Of a stretch of 64,000 nt of DNA, positions 1 to 10,100 are shown one piece after another. This DNA comes from an uncultured Actinomycetota bacterium. Lineage in GTDB: Bacteria > Actinomycetota > Actinomycetes > JAFAQI01. The position numbers and the translations under genes were made by a program. The stretch lies in assembly GCA_963770565.1 (NCBI GenBank), contig CAVYQE010000008.1:161972-225971 (forward strand). The letters run 5' to 3'. Position 1 is the first letter of the stretch. Each line of letters begins with the position of its first letter. Under the pieces are notes generated by a model that saw nothing but the letters and a program-made list of their open reading frames with translations, did not search any database and was not told the DNA's origin.

Positions 1-1961
<1,961 letters not shown>

Positions 1962-2036
1962 TTGTTCATCCCTTCGTAACGTTGTGGAGTTTCAAACAGT
2001 CGATGACACAGCCGCAACGACCTGCTGCAGCCCAGA

Positions 2037-2087
2037 CGCCGAACGTGGCGAAGCCTGCGCCGAGCGGCGCTTCGGCAGCGACGAACG
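2037..2087 (-). promoter_or_regulatory. Three 9-bp direct repeats, 21-bp period; probable LytTR binding site upstream of acs
   Basis: CGCCGAACG (2037), CGCCGAGCG (2058), CGACGAACG (2079). A 9-bp repeat with 12-bp spacer is the typical LytTR geometry, and a LytTR gene is nearby. Confidence 0.6.
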
Positions 2088-2120
2088 GTCGGCGTCGTCG
2101 CGGCCATCACAGTGTTGAAG

Positions 2121-3887
2121 TTAGGCCCAGCCGGTTTCCCTCGCCACCGCGGTGGGTGGCGCCATCGGCCAGGTGCGCGGCTCGGGCCCACGCAGCCCTT
2201 CGGGCAGGTGCAGGACCAGCATCTTGCCGGCCACATCGTCGGGAATCGAACCCGGCGTGAGGAGCGAGACCACGATCATGACGAGGAAGCTGGTCGGAAC
2301 GGTCCAGATCGCCGGCAAGCCCAGCAGGACGGCCGGCCAGCCGGTACGACCGGCGCCGAGCATGGTGGCCGAGATCGCCGCCGCCGAGGTGAGGCCGCCG
2401 ACGACGAGCCCGGCCAGGCAGCCGTCGCGGCTCAGCCGGCGCCACCAGATGCCGAGCACCAGCAGCGGGCAGAAGGTCGAGGCCGCGATCGCGAACGCCC
2501 AGCCGACCAACAGGTTGAGCGAGAAGGCCCCGACCCGCAAGCCGGCCGCGACGGCGAGCACGCCCGCGACCACCGTGCACCAGCGGAACGTCCGCACCCG
2601 GCCGTCGAGCAGGTCGTGCGACAACGCCCCGGCGACGCTGATCAGCAGGCCGGATGAGGTGGACAGGAAGGCCGCGAAGGCGCCCGCCGCCACCAGTGCG
2701 GCGAGCGCGATCCCGCCCGCGCCGGCCACCGCGATCTTGGGAAGCACCAGCACCACCGAGTCGGTGTTGGCCGTGACGTAGAGCCCTGGCGCCTCCAGCC
2801 GCCCAAGCACCCCGAACACCACCGGGAACAGGTAGAAGCAGCTGACCAGCAGCAACACGATCGCGGTCGTGCGCCGGGCCGAGCGGCCGTCCCGGTTGGT
2901 GTAGAAGCGCACCAGGATGTGCGGCAGGCCGACCGTGCCGAGGAAGGTCGCAAGGATCAGCCCGTAGGTGGCCGCGAGCGGATGTTGGTTGCCGGTCCCG
3001 GCGCGCGCGAACGGCATCGACCACGAGGTCCCGCGCAGCTCGTCGAGGCCGACCGCGCTCGGCGCGACTGCTCCGGCCGGAAACCGCAGCTTCGCTCCGG
3101 CCGCGGCCGAGTGCCGGCCGGGTGAGAGCAGGGTGGCTCCGGTGATCGGCGCGCCGTCGAGCTCGCCCGACCCGGTGATCGTGACCGGATGCGTCACGGT
3201 GAAGCTGATCGGCTCGGTCACCGACACCGTCGTCGCGACCGGGAAGGTCGCGCCGACCGGTCGGTCGAGCGCCTGCGTGCGCGGGTGGGTGAGCGCGAGC
3301 AGGACCACCGCGGGCACCGCGATCGCCACGATTTTCAGCCAGAACTGGAACGCCTGGACGACCGTGATGCCCTTCATCCCGCCGGCCGCGATGTTGCCGG
3401 TCACGACCACCCCGAGGGCGACCACGCCCACCCAGTACGGCGTACCCATCACGACCTGCAAGGTGATGCCGGCGCCCTTGAGCTGCGGCAGCAAGTAGAA
3501 CCAGCCGATCACCAGGACGAACAGGGTGCCGACCTTCCGCAACAGTGGTGAGCCCAGCCGGCCTTCGGCGAAGTCGGGAATCGTGTAGGCGCCGAAGCGG
3601 CGCAACGGCGCCGCGACGAGCAGCAGCAGGACGAGGTATCCGGTCGCGTAGCCGACCGGATACCAGAGCGCGCCGACGCCATCGACATACACCAGGCCCG
3701 CCACGCCGAGGAACGACGCTGCCGACAGGTACTCGCCGGAGATCGCGGAGGCGTTGACCAGTGGCGGCACGGCCCGCGCCGCCACCAGGAAGTCGGCCGG
3801 GGTCCGTGCCACCCGCATCCCGCGCGCCCCCAGCACGACCGTGACCAGCGTGATCGCGACCACGGCCGCGAGCGCGGACTGATTCAC
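2121..3887 (-). CDS. Sodium:solute symporter family, ActP-like cation/acetate symporter
   Basis: NASAISGEYLSAASFLG, YTIPDF..GR, GTVGLPHILVRFYT, AFLSTSSGLL motifs; multi-TM; next to acs. Confidence 0.9.
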   Translation of the reverse strand: MNQSALAAVVAITLVTVVLGARGMRVARTPADFLVAARAVPPLVNASAISGEYLSAASFLGVAGLVYVDGVGALWYPVGYATGYLVLLLLVAAPLRRFGAYTIPDFAEGRLGSPLLRKVGTLFVLVIGWFYLLPQLKGAGITLQVVMGTPYWVGVVALGVVVTGNIAAGGMKGITVVQAFQFWLKIVAIAVPAVVLLALTHPRTQALDRPVGATFPVATTVSVTEPISFTVTHPVTITGSGELDGAPITGATLLSPGRHSAAAGAKLRFPAGAVAPSAVGLDELRGTSWSMPFARAGTGNQHPLAATYGLILATFLGTVGLPHILVRFYTNRDGRSARRTTAIVLLLVSCFYLFPVVFGVLGRLEAPGLYVTANTDSVVLVLPKIAVAGAGGIALAALVAAGAFAAFLSTSSGLLISVAGALSHDLLDGRVRTFRWCTVVAGVLAVAAGLRVGAFSLNLLVGWAFAIAASTFCPLLVLGIWWRRLSRDGCLAGLVVGGLTSAAAISATMLGAGRTGWPAVLLGLPAIWTVPTSFLVMIVVSLLTPGSIPDDVAGKMLVLHLPEGLRGPEPRTWPMAPPTAVARETGWA

Positions 3888-4267
3888 GTCGGCCGGCTCA
3901 GCAGCTCGGCAAAGCGTCGTTCGAGTCGTTCGGCCAGCCGCACATAGCTCCAGCCGAGCGCGACCAGGATCGGATAGATCCCACCGCCCAGCACGACCAG
4001 CGGCAGAGGCAGCCCGTCGATCGTGTCGTGGATGACGCTGGGGAACAGCTCGGCGACGATCGGCAAGGACCCGATCACCGTCACCGTCAATGCGCCGAAG
4101 CCGATGGTCAGCCCGAGTTGCGCGCGAATCAGCCCGGTGATGAGGACGTCGCCGTACGGATCATCGGCCCGCAGATCCGAGATGCCCGGCAACGGCCGAG
4201 ACCCGGCCAGGCCGGCCTGTGGTGCCTGCACGACCTTGCGGCCGGGCCGGACCGGGTCGAGGGTCAC
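3884..4267 (-). CDS. Small 2-TM membrane protein (DUF485-like symporter partner)
   Basis: Two hydrophobic segments; 4-nt overlaps with both neighbours. Confidence 0.7.
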   Translation of the reverse strand: MTLDPVRPGRKVVQAPQAGLAGSRPLPGISDLRADDPYGDVLITGLIRAQLGLTIGFGALTVTVIGSLPIVAELFPSVIHDTIDGLPLPLVVLGGGIYPILVALGWSYVRLAERLERRFAELLSRPT

Positions 4268-5013
4268 CGCATCCCGCCGCGTCGCGCGGCTCGCACCAGC
4301 CGATCCCGCAGTTCCCGGTTGTGCCGCCGTGACACCGGCAGCTCGGTCTGGCCGACCCGTACCGTCGAGGCGCCGGCTTCGCTGCTGAGCTCAGTAATGT
4401 GCCGGATCGACACCAGATAGCCGCGGTGGATCCGAACGAACCCGTAGTCCGCCCAGCGCTCGGCCAGCAGCGAGATCGGCAGCCGGACCAGGTGGTTCGC
4501 GCCACCGACGGCATGCAGCCGGACATAGTCGCCCTGCGCCTCCACCCAGGCGATGTCGGAGCGCTCGACCATCCGGGTCGTGCCATTCAGCTCGACCGGA
4601 ACCGTGCTGAGGTCATCGGTCGGGGCGCGGTTGGCCGACCGCGACTCCTGGACCCGTTCGAGGGTCTCGCCGAGCCGGTCGGCGGACGGCGGCTTGAGCA
4701 GGTAGTCGCTGGCTCGCACCTCGAACGCCTCGAGCGCGTGCTCGTCGTACGCGGTGACGAACACGACCGAGGGCGGGTCGGAGAACCGCAATAGGAGGCG
4801 GGCGAGCTCGAGGCCGTCGAGCCGTGGCATCCGCACGTCGAGCATGAGCAGGTCGTAGTTGTGCGCGCGGAGCTTGAGCAGCGCGCCGGTCGCGTCGTTC
4901 GCGACGTCGACCGTGCCGACCCGGTCGTCGGCCCGGAGCAGGAAGACCAGCTCGTCGAGGGCCGGCGCCTCGTCGTCGACGGCGAGGACCGCGAGCTGGC
5001 CGGGCTTGGTCAT
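4264..5013 (-). CDS. LytTR-family response regulator
   Basis: REC domain (VDDE, LDVRMP, DYLLKP) plus LytTR domain (FVRIHRGYLV, LPVSRR). Confidence 0.95.
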   Translation of the reverse strand: MTKPGQLAVLAVDDEAPALDELVFLLRADDRVGTVDVANDATGALLKLRAHNYDLLMLDVRMPRLDGLELARLLLRFSDPPSVVFVTAYDEHALEAFEVRASDYLLKPPSADRLGETLERVQESRSANRAPTDDLSTVPVELNGTTRMVERSDIAWVEAQGDYVRLHAVGGANHLVRLPISLLAERWADYGFVRIHRGYLVSIRHITELSSEAGASTVRVGQTELPVSRRHNRELRDRLVRAARRGGMR

Positions 5014-6188
5014 GACGCGCGCACTCCCACCTTGAACTTGGGCACTCGGAGTATCACCCTCGTACCCAATCCCACCTCGGTCTCCACCCGCAGGCCGAAG
5101 TCCGGCCCGAAGACCCGTCGAAGCCGCTCGTCGACGTTGCGCAAGCCGATCCCGTCCGTCATCCGCCCGGCGAGCTGGTCGCGCAGCCGGTCCGGGTCCA
5201 TCCCGACGCCATCGTCTTCTACCGTGATCAAGGCCTCGGTGTCACTGTCTTGCACGATCAGGGAGATGTGCCCCTCGCCGCCGGCCCGCTCGATCCCGTG
5301 GCGGACCGCGTTCTCGACCAGCGGCTGCAGGGTGAGGCACGGCATCGCGACCGGCAGCACCTCGGGCGCGACCCGCAGGGTGACGTCGAGCCGGTCGCCG
5401 AAGCGGGCCCGCTCGAGCTCCAGGTAGGTCTCGACCAGGCGCAGCTCCTCGGCCAACGTCGAGTAGGGCCCGTGTGCCCGGAACGTGTAGCGGATGAAGT
5501 CGGCGAAGCCGATCAGCAGTTCGCGGGCCCGCTCGGGGTCGGAGCGGATGTAGGACTCGATCGCGGTCAGCGCGTTGTAGACGAAATGGGGCGAGATCTG
5601 GGCCCGGAGGAACTTCAGCTCCGCCTCGATCGCGCGGGTCTTCGACAGGTCGAGTTCGGCCAGCTCGAGCTGCGACGAGGCAAAACCGGCCACCTCGCCG
5701 GCGGCCCGCAACAGATCGGGGCGGGCGCTCTCGTCGAGCACCGCGATCGCACCGACCACGCTTTCCGAGACCTGCAGCGGCACGACGACACCCGCCGCCA
5801 GCGTGCAGTACGGCAGCCCGCAGGCCAGCTCGCTCCGTTCGATCACCCGGGCCCGGCCGTGGGCAACCACCTGGGCGATGAGCGGTGTCACCAGCTCGAC
5901 GTGCTGGGCGTCGGCGCCCTCGGTCGCGAGCACGCCGGCGGCGTCACCGATCACGACGGCCGGCGTACCGAGCAGCCTGCGAAGCGCGGGCGCGGACTTC
6001 GCGGCGCTGTCCGCGGTGAGCCCGGCCCGCAGTCCGCCCGCGGCCATGCTCGCGGTATGCAGGGTTGCGTACGTCGTCCGCTGCGCGGGGGTGCCGAGCT
6101 TCTTGCTGCCGCGGAGGAAGTAGCGCGCCGCCAAGACCAGCGCGAGCACGACGATCGCCAGCGCCGCAACAAGCTCCGAAGTTCTCAC
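5010..6188 (-). CDS. LytS/YehU-type sensor histidine kinase
   Basis: LRAQISPHFVYNAL, LQPLVENAVRHG, VEDDGVGM, GIGLRNV. Confidence 0.95.
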   Translation of the reverse strand: MRTSELVAALAIVVLALVLAARYFLRGSKKLGTPAQRTTYATLHTASMAAGGLRAGLTADSAAKSAPALRRLLGTPAVVIGDAAGVLATEGADAQHVELVTPLIAQVVAHGRARVIERSELACGLPYCTLAAGVVVPLQVSESVVGAIAVLDESARPDLLRAAGEVAGFASSQLELAELDLSKTRAIEAELKFLRAQISPHFVYNALTAIESYIRSDPERARELLIGFADFIRYTFRAHGPYSTLAEELRLVETYLELERARFGDRLDVTLRVAPEVLPVAMPCLTLQPLVENAVRHGIERAGGEGHISLIVQDSDTEALITVEDDGVGMDPDRLRDQLAGRMTDGIGLRNVDERLRRVFGPDFGLRVETEVGLGTRVILRVPKFKVGVRAS

Positions 6189-6262
6189 TGGCCGCGGTCC
6201 GGCAATGGCTGAGGCCGGCCTCCCGCGTCACCATAACGCCCGCGGGCTGGCAGAGTAACGCC

Positions 6263-7120
6263 ATGACTGATCACCAGAGCGTGGCGGGCAAGAACGTCAT
6301 GATCACCGGCGCCGCTCGCGGCATCGGCGCGGCGACCGCGACCGAGCTGGCCCGGCGCGGCGCGCGCGTGTCACTGGTCGGAATCGAGCCGGATCTGTTG
6401 GAGCTCAACGCCAAAGCCCTCGGCGACCGCCACATGTGGGTGGAGGCCGACGTCACCAACCAGGCGGCGATCGACGCCGCGGTCGCGGCGACCGTCGAGC
6501 GCTTCGGCGGCATCGACGTACTGATCGCGAACGCCGGCGTGGTCAACCTCGGCACGGTGCGGACCGCCGACCCGGACGTCTCGGCCCGCACGATCGAGGT
6601 GAACCTGATCGGCCCGCACCGCACCGTCGCGGCCGCCGTGCACCATCTCGCCGACAGTCGCGGCTACGTGCTGATCACGGCGTCGCTTGCGTCGTTCTCG
6701 CCGATACCCGGCGCGGCCGCATATGCCGCGAGCAAGGGGGGTGTGGAGTCGCTCGCCGCGTCCCTTCGGCTCGAGCTCGCGCAGTACGGCATCACGGTCG
6801 GCACCGCCCACCCGTCCTGGATCGACACCGACATGATCCGGCGCGGGGAGGACGGCTTCCCGACGATGACGAAGATGCGCTCCGAGATGCCGTGGCCGGC
6901 CAACACCCTCACCTCGGTCGAGGACTGCGCCTACGCCTTCGCCGAGGCGGTCGAGTGCCGGGCCCTGCGGACCTACGTGCCGAAGACCACGCGGATCATG
7001 GCGTTGCTCCGGCCACTGATGATGAGCGGGATCGGTCATCGCGCGATGGCCCGCCGGATCGGCACGAACCTGCGCCAGCTGGACGCCGAGAACGAGACTC
7101 GCGGTGCTCGCTGGCGCTGA
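6263..7120 (+). CDS. SDR-family oxidoreductase
   Basis: ITGAARGIG, ANAGV, YAASK; start moved to ATG 6263. Confidence 0.92.
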   Translation: MTDHQSVAGKNVMITGAARGIGAATATELARRGARVSLVGIEPDLLELNAKALGDRHMWVEADVTNQAAIDAAVAATVERFGGIDVLIANAGVVNLGTVRTADPDVSARTIEVNLIGPHRTVAAAVHHLADSRGYVLITASLASFSPIPGAAAYAASKGGVESLAASLRLELAQYGITVGTAHPSWIDTDMIRRGEDGFPTMTKMRSEMPWPANTLTSVEDCAYAFAEAVECRALRTYVPKTTRIMALLRPLMMSGIGHRAMARRIGTNLRQLDAENETRGARWR

Positions 7121-7200
7121 CCTCAGGGCCGTGATCTCGGTCGCCCCCGGGCGTATGGTCGGGGCCATCGGTGGGGTCGGTTGAGCGGCGTGAGCGTCCG

Positions 7201-7262
7201 ATGAACCGTTTCCGTCCGTGGCTCGTGTTCGGCCAATGAACCGTTTCCGCGCGTGGCTCGTG
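7201..7262 (+). promoter_or_regulatory. Tandemly duplicated SigL-type ECF promoter (TGAACC-N16-CGTG x2)
   Basis: 27-bp near-identical repeats at 7201 and 7236 directly upstream of the ECF sigma gene; match to the mycobacterial SigL consensus. Confidence 0.75.
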
Positions 7263-7270
7263 ATTGAGGA

Positions 7271-7795
7271 GTGAGCACCTTCGTGGACGCCGACGACGAG
7301 GCTGCGCTGCGCGAGTTGTACGACGCGCACGCGGGCGCCTTGCTGGCGTACTCGATGCGGCTGACCAACGGCGATCGCGGCCGGGCCGAGGACGTCGTTC
7401 AGGAAACGATGCTGCGGGCCTGGCGGCACCGAGAAGCCCTCGACGAGGCGCGCGGACCGGTTCGGCCCTGGCTGTTCACGGTCGCTCATCACGTGGCGAT
7501 CGACGCCCACCGAGCCCGTTCAGCGCGCCCGAACGAGGTCGGCGACGCGGTGCTCGCCACCGTCCCGGCCGCCGACGAGATCGACGCGCGACTCGACCGG
7601 CTGTTGATCGCCGACGCGATGGCCGCACTGTCGGCCGAGCACCAGGCAGTACTGGTCGAGACCTACTACCGCGGCCACTCGGTGGCCGTCGCAGCGGAGG
7701 CGCTGGGCGTCCCGCCCGGCACGGTGAAGTCACGGACTTTCTACGCATTGCGGGCGCTCAAGCTCGCGCTGGCCGAACGGGGGGTGACGACGTGA
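7271..7795 (+). CDS. ECF RNA polymerase sigma factor, SigL-like
   Basis: AEDVVQETMLRAWRH, WLFTVA, GVPPGTVKSRTFYALRALKLAL. Confidence 0.92.
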   Translation: MSTFVDADDEAALRELYDAHAGALLAYSMRLTNGDRGRAEDVVQETMLRAWRHREALDEARGPVRPWLFTVAHHVAIDAHRARSARPNEVGDAVLATVPAADEIDARLDRLLIADAMAALSAEHQAVLVETYYRGHSVAVAAEALGVPPGTVKSRTFYALRALKLALAERGVTT

Positions 7796-8445
7796 CCTGC
7801 GACGACACCGTTCTTTCGCTCGGGGTCTACCTCGTCGGGGCGCTCGACGCCCCGGAGCGCGCCGCGGTCGAGGCGCACCTGGCCGACTGCCCGACCTGCC
7901 AGGCGGAGCTGGCCGAGCTTGCCTCGCTGCCGTCGATGCTCGAGCAGCTGTCGATCGACGACTTCCCGCTCGAGCCGCTGGCCGCGCCGGAGGATCTGTT
8001 CGACCGGGTCGCCGCTAAGGCTCGCGACGAGGACCTGCAGCAGGCCCGGCGGACCGCTCATCGCTATCGCCGGCTGACTGCGGTTGCGGCTGCGGTGGTG
8101 GTGATCGCTGGTGGGAGCATCGGGGCGAGCGTCGCGCTGAACCACCACTCACGCCCGGCGCACGGGTTCTCGGCGACCCAGGGCCGGGTGACGATGCGGG
8201 TGACGCTGGCCGCGCAGACGACCGGCACCGGCCTGAAGGTCACCGTGTCCGGGCTGCCGCACGACGAGCACTGCACGCTGATCGCGGTCGCCAAGGACGG
8301 CAGCCGTGACGTGGCCGGTCGATGGGACGTCACCTACGCCGGCTGGGGGCAGGAGACCGGGTCGACCAAGATCACCCAGTCACAGCTGTCCCGGCTGGTG
8401 CTGTTGGGCACGACCGGCCAGCAGCTCGTGACCGTCAACGTCTGA
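7792..8445 (+). CDS. Zinc-binding anti-sigma factor (RslA-like, zf-HC2 + TM)
   Basis: YLVGALD..ER..VEAHLADCPTC (HxxxCxxC) and one TM segment; GTGA overlap with the sigma stop. Confidence 0.9.
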   Translation: MTCDDTVLSLGVYLVGALDAPERAAVEAHLADCPTCQAELAELASLPSMLEQLSIDDFPLEPLAAPEDLFDRVAAKARDEDLQQARRTAHRYRRLTAVAAAVVVIAGGSIGASVALNHHSRPAHGFSATQGRVTMRVTLAAQTTGTGLKVTVSGLPHDEHCTLIAVAKDGSRDVAGRWDVTYAGWGQETGSTKITQSQLSRLVLLGTTGQQLVTVNV

Positions 8446-8574
8446 ACAATGAGTACGCCGAACTCTGCCTGAGCGGCTGCCAATGGGGCCGGCCCGCTCG
8501 TCGGCAGCCGGTTGACCTCGGCGAATAGACCGAATGGCGGAACTGCGGGGCCGGTGGAATGCGCTGAGGGGCGG

Positions 8575-8600
8575 GTTCGATCTGTCCTGATCTGGGGCAC
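8575..8600 (+). promoter_or_regulatory. Possible SigF/SigB-type promoter
   Basis: GTTC-N16-GGGCAC upstream of the RsbW-like gene. Confidence 0.35.
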
Positions 8601-8651
8601 CATCAGGCTGATGCCGCTCATCGGTGGGCGGCCAGTGCAGGAGCGACAGCC

Positions 8652-9032
8652 GTGCCGTGCGCTACGCATCAGGTGATCAGCCTCGAGCCATCGGGTGCTG
8701 CGCCGGCACAGGCTCGCCGGGTGGTGCGTCAGCTGCTGCTCCCACTCGTCCCCGCGGACGTGACCGATACCGCCGAGCTGCTGGTGTCGGAGCTGGTGAC
8801 GAACGCGGTGACCCACGGCACCGGCATGGTGACGATCTCGATCGACTGTGCCGATCATGCCCTGTCGGTCACGGTGAGTGACGACGAGCCGGCCGAACCG
8901 CTGCTGCAGCCGGAACGGTTGATGGCGCTCGGCGGCCGGGGGCTGCGGATGATCGAGTCACTGGCGAGTTCGTGGGGGGTCAAGCCGCGGGTCGGTAGCC
9001 CGGGCAAGGACGTCTGGTTTCGTCTGCCTTAG
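8652..9032 (+). CDS. RsbW-like HATPase_c ATP-binding protein / anti-sigma kinase
   Basis: ELLVSELVTNAV.HG, VSDD, GGRGLRMI..L...WG, GKDVWF; RBS AGGAG. Confidence 0.9.
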   Translation: MPCATHQVISLEPSGAAPAQARRVVRQLLLPLVPADVTDTAELLVSELVTNAVTHGTGMVTISIDCADHALSVTVSDDEPAEPLLQPERLMALGGRGLRMIESLASSWGVKPRVGSPGKDVWFRLP

Positions 9033-9214
9033 TGGCTGACCGGGTGGCTGACTGAGCCGCTCCGGCCGGTCGGTTCGGGAACCGACGGGACCCGGCACGG
9101 CTGCGGGGCGCCGTCACAACACGGTTCGTAGTAGAGGCAGGCCGGACAGCGGTTGTGGGCCTGCTCGGCGTACATCTGGGTGCCGCAGTTGGGGCAGGGA
9201 AGGTCGAGCGCCAT
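9029..9214 (-). CDS. Cys-rich zinc-ribbon microprotein (61 aa)
   Basis: MALDLPCPNCGTQMYAEQAHNRCPACLYYEPCCDG...: two CxxC plus CC; 4-nt stop overlap with the convergent gene. Confidence 0.65.
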   Translation of the reverse strand: MALDLPCPNCGTQMYAEQAHNRCPACLYYEPCCDGAPQPCRVPSVPEPTGRSGSVSHPVSH

Positions 9215-9284
9215 CGCGCGATCGTAGGGCGCGTAACCGCCGGCCTCGTGGTGCTGGCGGCCTGACACGCGGGTCTTGACGAAG

Positions 9285-9300
9285 TCGAACATATGTTCGA
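9285..9300. promoter_or_regulatory. LexA SOS box
   Basis: Perfect palindrome TCGAACATATGTTCGA (actinobacterial TCGAAC-N4-GTTCGA) between TTGACG -35 (9276) and the imuA' start. Confidence 0.93.
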
Positions 9301-9310
9301 AACTCGGTAG

Positions 9311-10099
9311 GTGATTGACGTCGCTGCCCGCCTCGCCGCCGCGGGTGTGGGCAGTGACCGGCTGGTCGAGCTCAGTGGCCCTTCCATGGCCGGTGCGGCG
9401 GTGGGCCCCCACGCGACCCTCGCGCGGCCTCAGACGCCGGTGCTGCGGGTCAGCCCGGCCTTGGCCCCGGTGCTGCCGGACGGGCTGCGGCGGGGGAGCA
9501 CGATCGCGATCTCCGGGTCGGTGTCGCTGATGCTGGCCGCTCTCGGCGCGGCCTCCGCGGATGGTGCCTGGTGTGCGCTGGTGGGGATGCCGGCGATCAG
9601 TGCCGAGGCGGCTCGCGACTTCGGCATCGAGCTCTCCAGGCTTCCGCTGGTGCCTTTCCCCGGCCCGGACTGGGTCGCGGTCGTGGCCGCCTTGCTCGAC
9701 GCCGTCGACGTGGTGGTGGCCCGCACCCCGGCCCGGCTCGCCGACGGCGACATCCGCCGGCTCGCGGCCCGGGTCCGGTCCAAGGGCGCGGTCTTCATCC
9801 CCTTCACCGCCGGTGTCGCGCCACGATCGGGCGCGCCGTGGCCGCATGCCGACGTCCGGGTGAGCCTCGAGCCCGGAGACTGGTCCGGAATCGGGTCCGG
9901 GTACGGCCGGCTGCGGCAGCGCCGGGTCACGGTCACCGCCGAGGGCCGGGGGCAGGCCGCGCGCCGCCGCTCGGTCGGGCTGTGGCTTCCCACGCCGGCC
10001 GGCGGCGTCGAGCCGGACTGCTCGCCGCCGCTCGGCACGGTCATCCCGTTCAACCCGGCCGGGGTCGAGGCCGCGCCTCGGCTGGCAGGAGTGCGATGA
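9311..10099 (+). CDS. imuA: ImuA' (RecA-like mutasome accessory protein)
   Basis: LAPVLPDGLRRGST, GAWCALVG.P, LLDAVDVVV, WSGIGSGYGRL; upstream of imuB-dnaE2; SOS box. Confidence 0.88.
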   Translation: MIDVAARLAAAGVGSDRLVELSGPSMAGAAVGPHATLARPQTPVLRVSPALAPVLPDGLRRGSTIAISGSVSLMLAALGAASADGAWCALVGMPAISAEAARDFGIELSRLPLVPFPGPDWVAVVAALLDAVDVVVARTPARLADGDIRRLAARVRSKGAVFIPFTAGVAPRSGAPWPHADVRVSLEPGDWSGIGSGYGRLRQRRVTVTAEGRGQAARRRSVGLWLPTPAGGVEPDCSPPLGTVIPFNPAGVEAAPRLAGVR

Positions 10100-10100
10100 C

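Noticed and set aside
7201-7262. Repeat as a mini-CRISPR
   Set aside because: Only two copies with an 8-nt gap and no cas genes; explained as an ECF promoter duplication.
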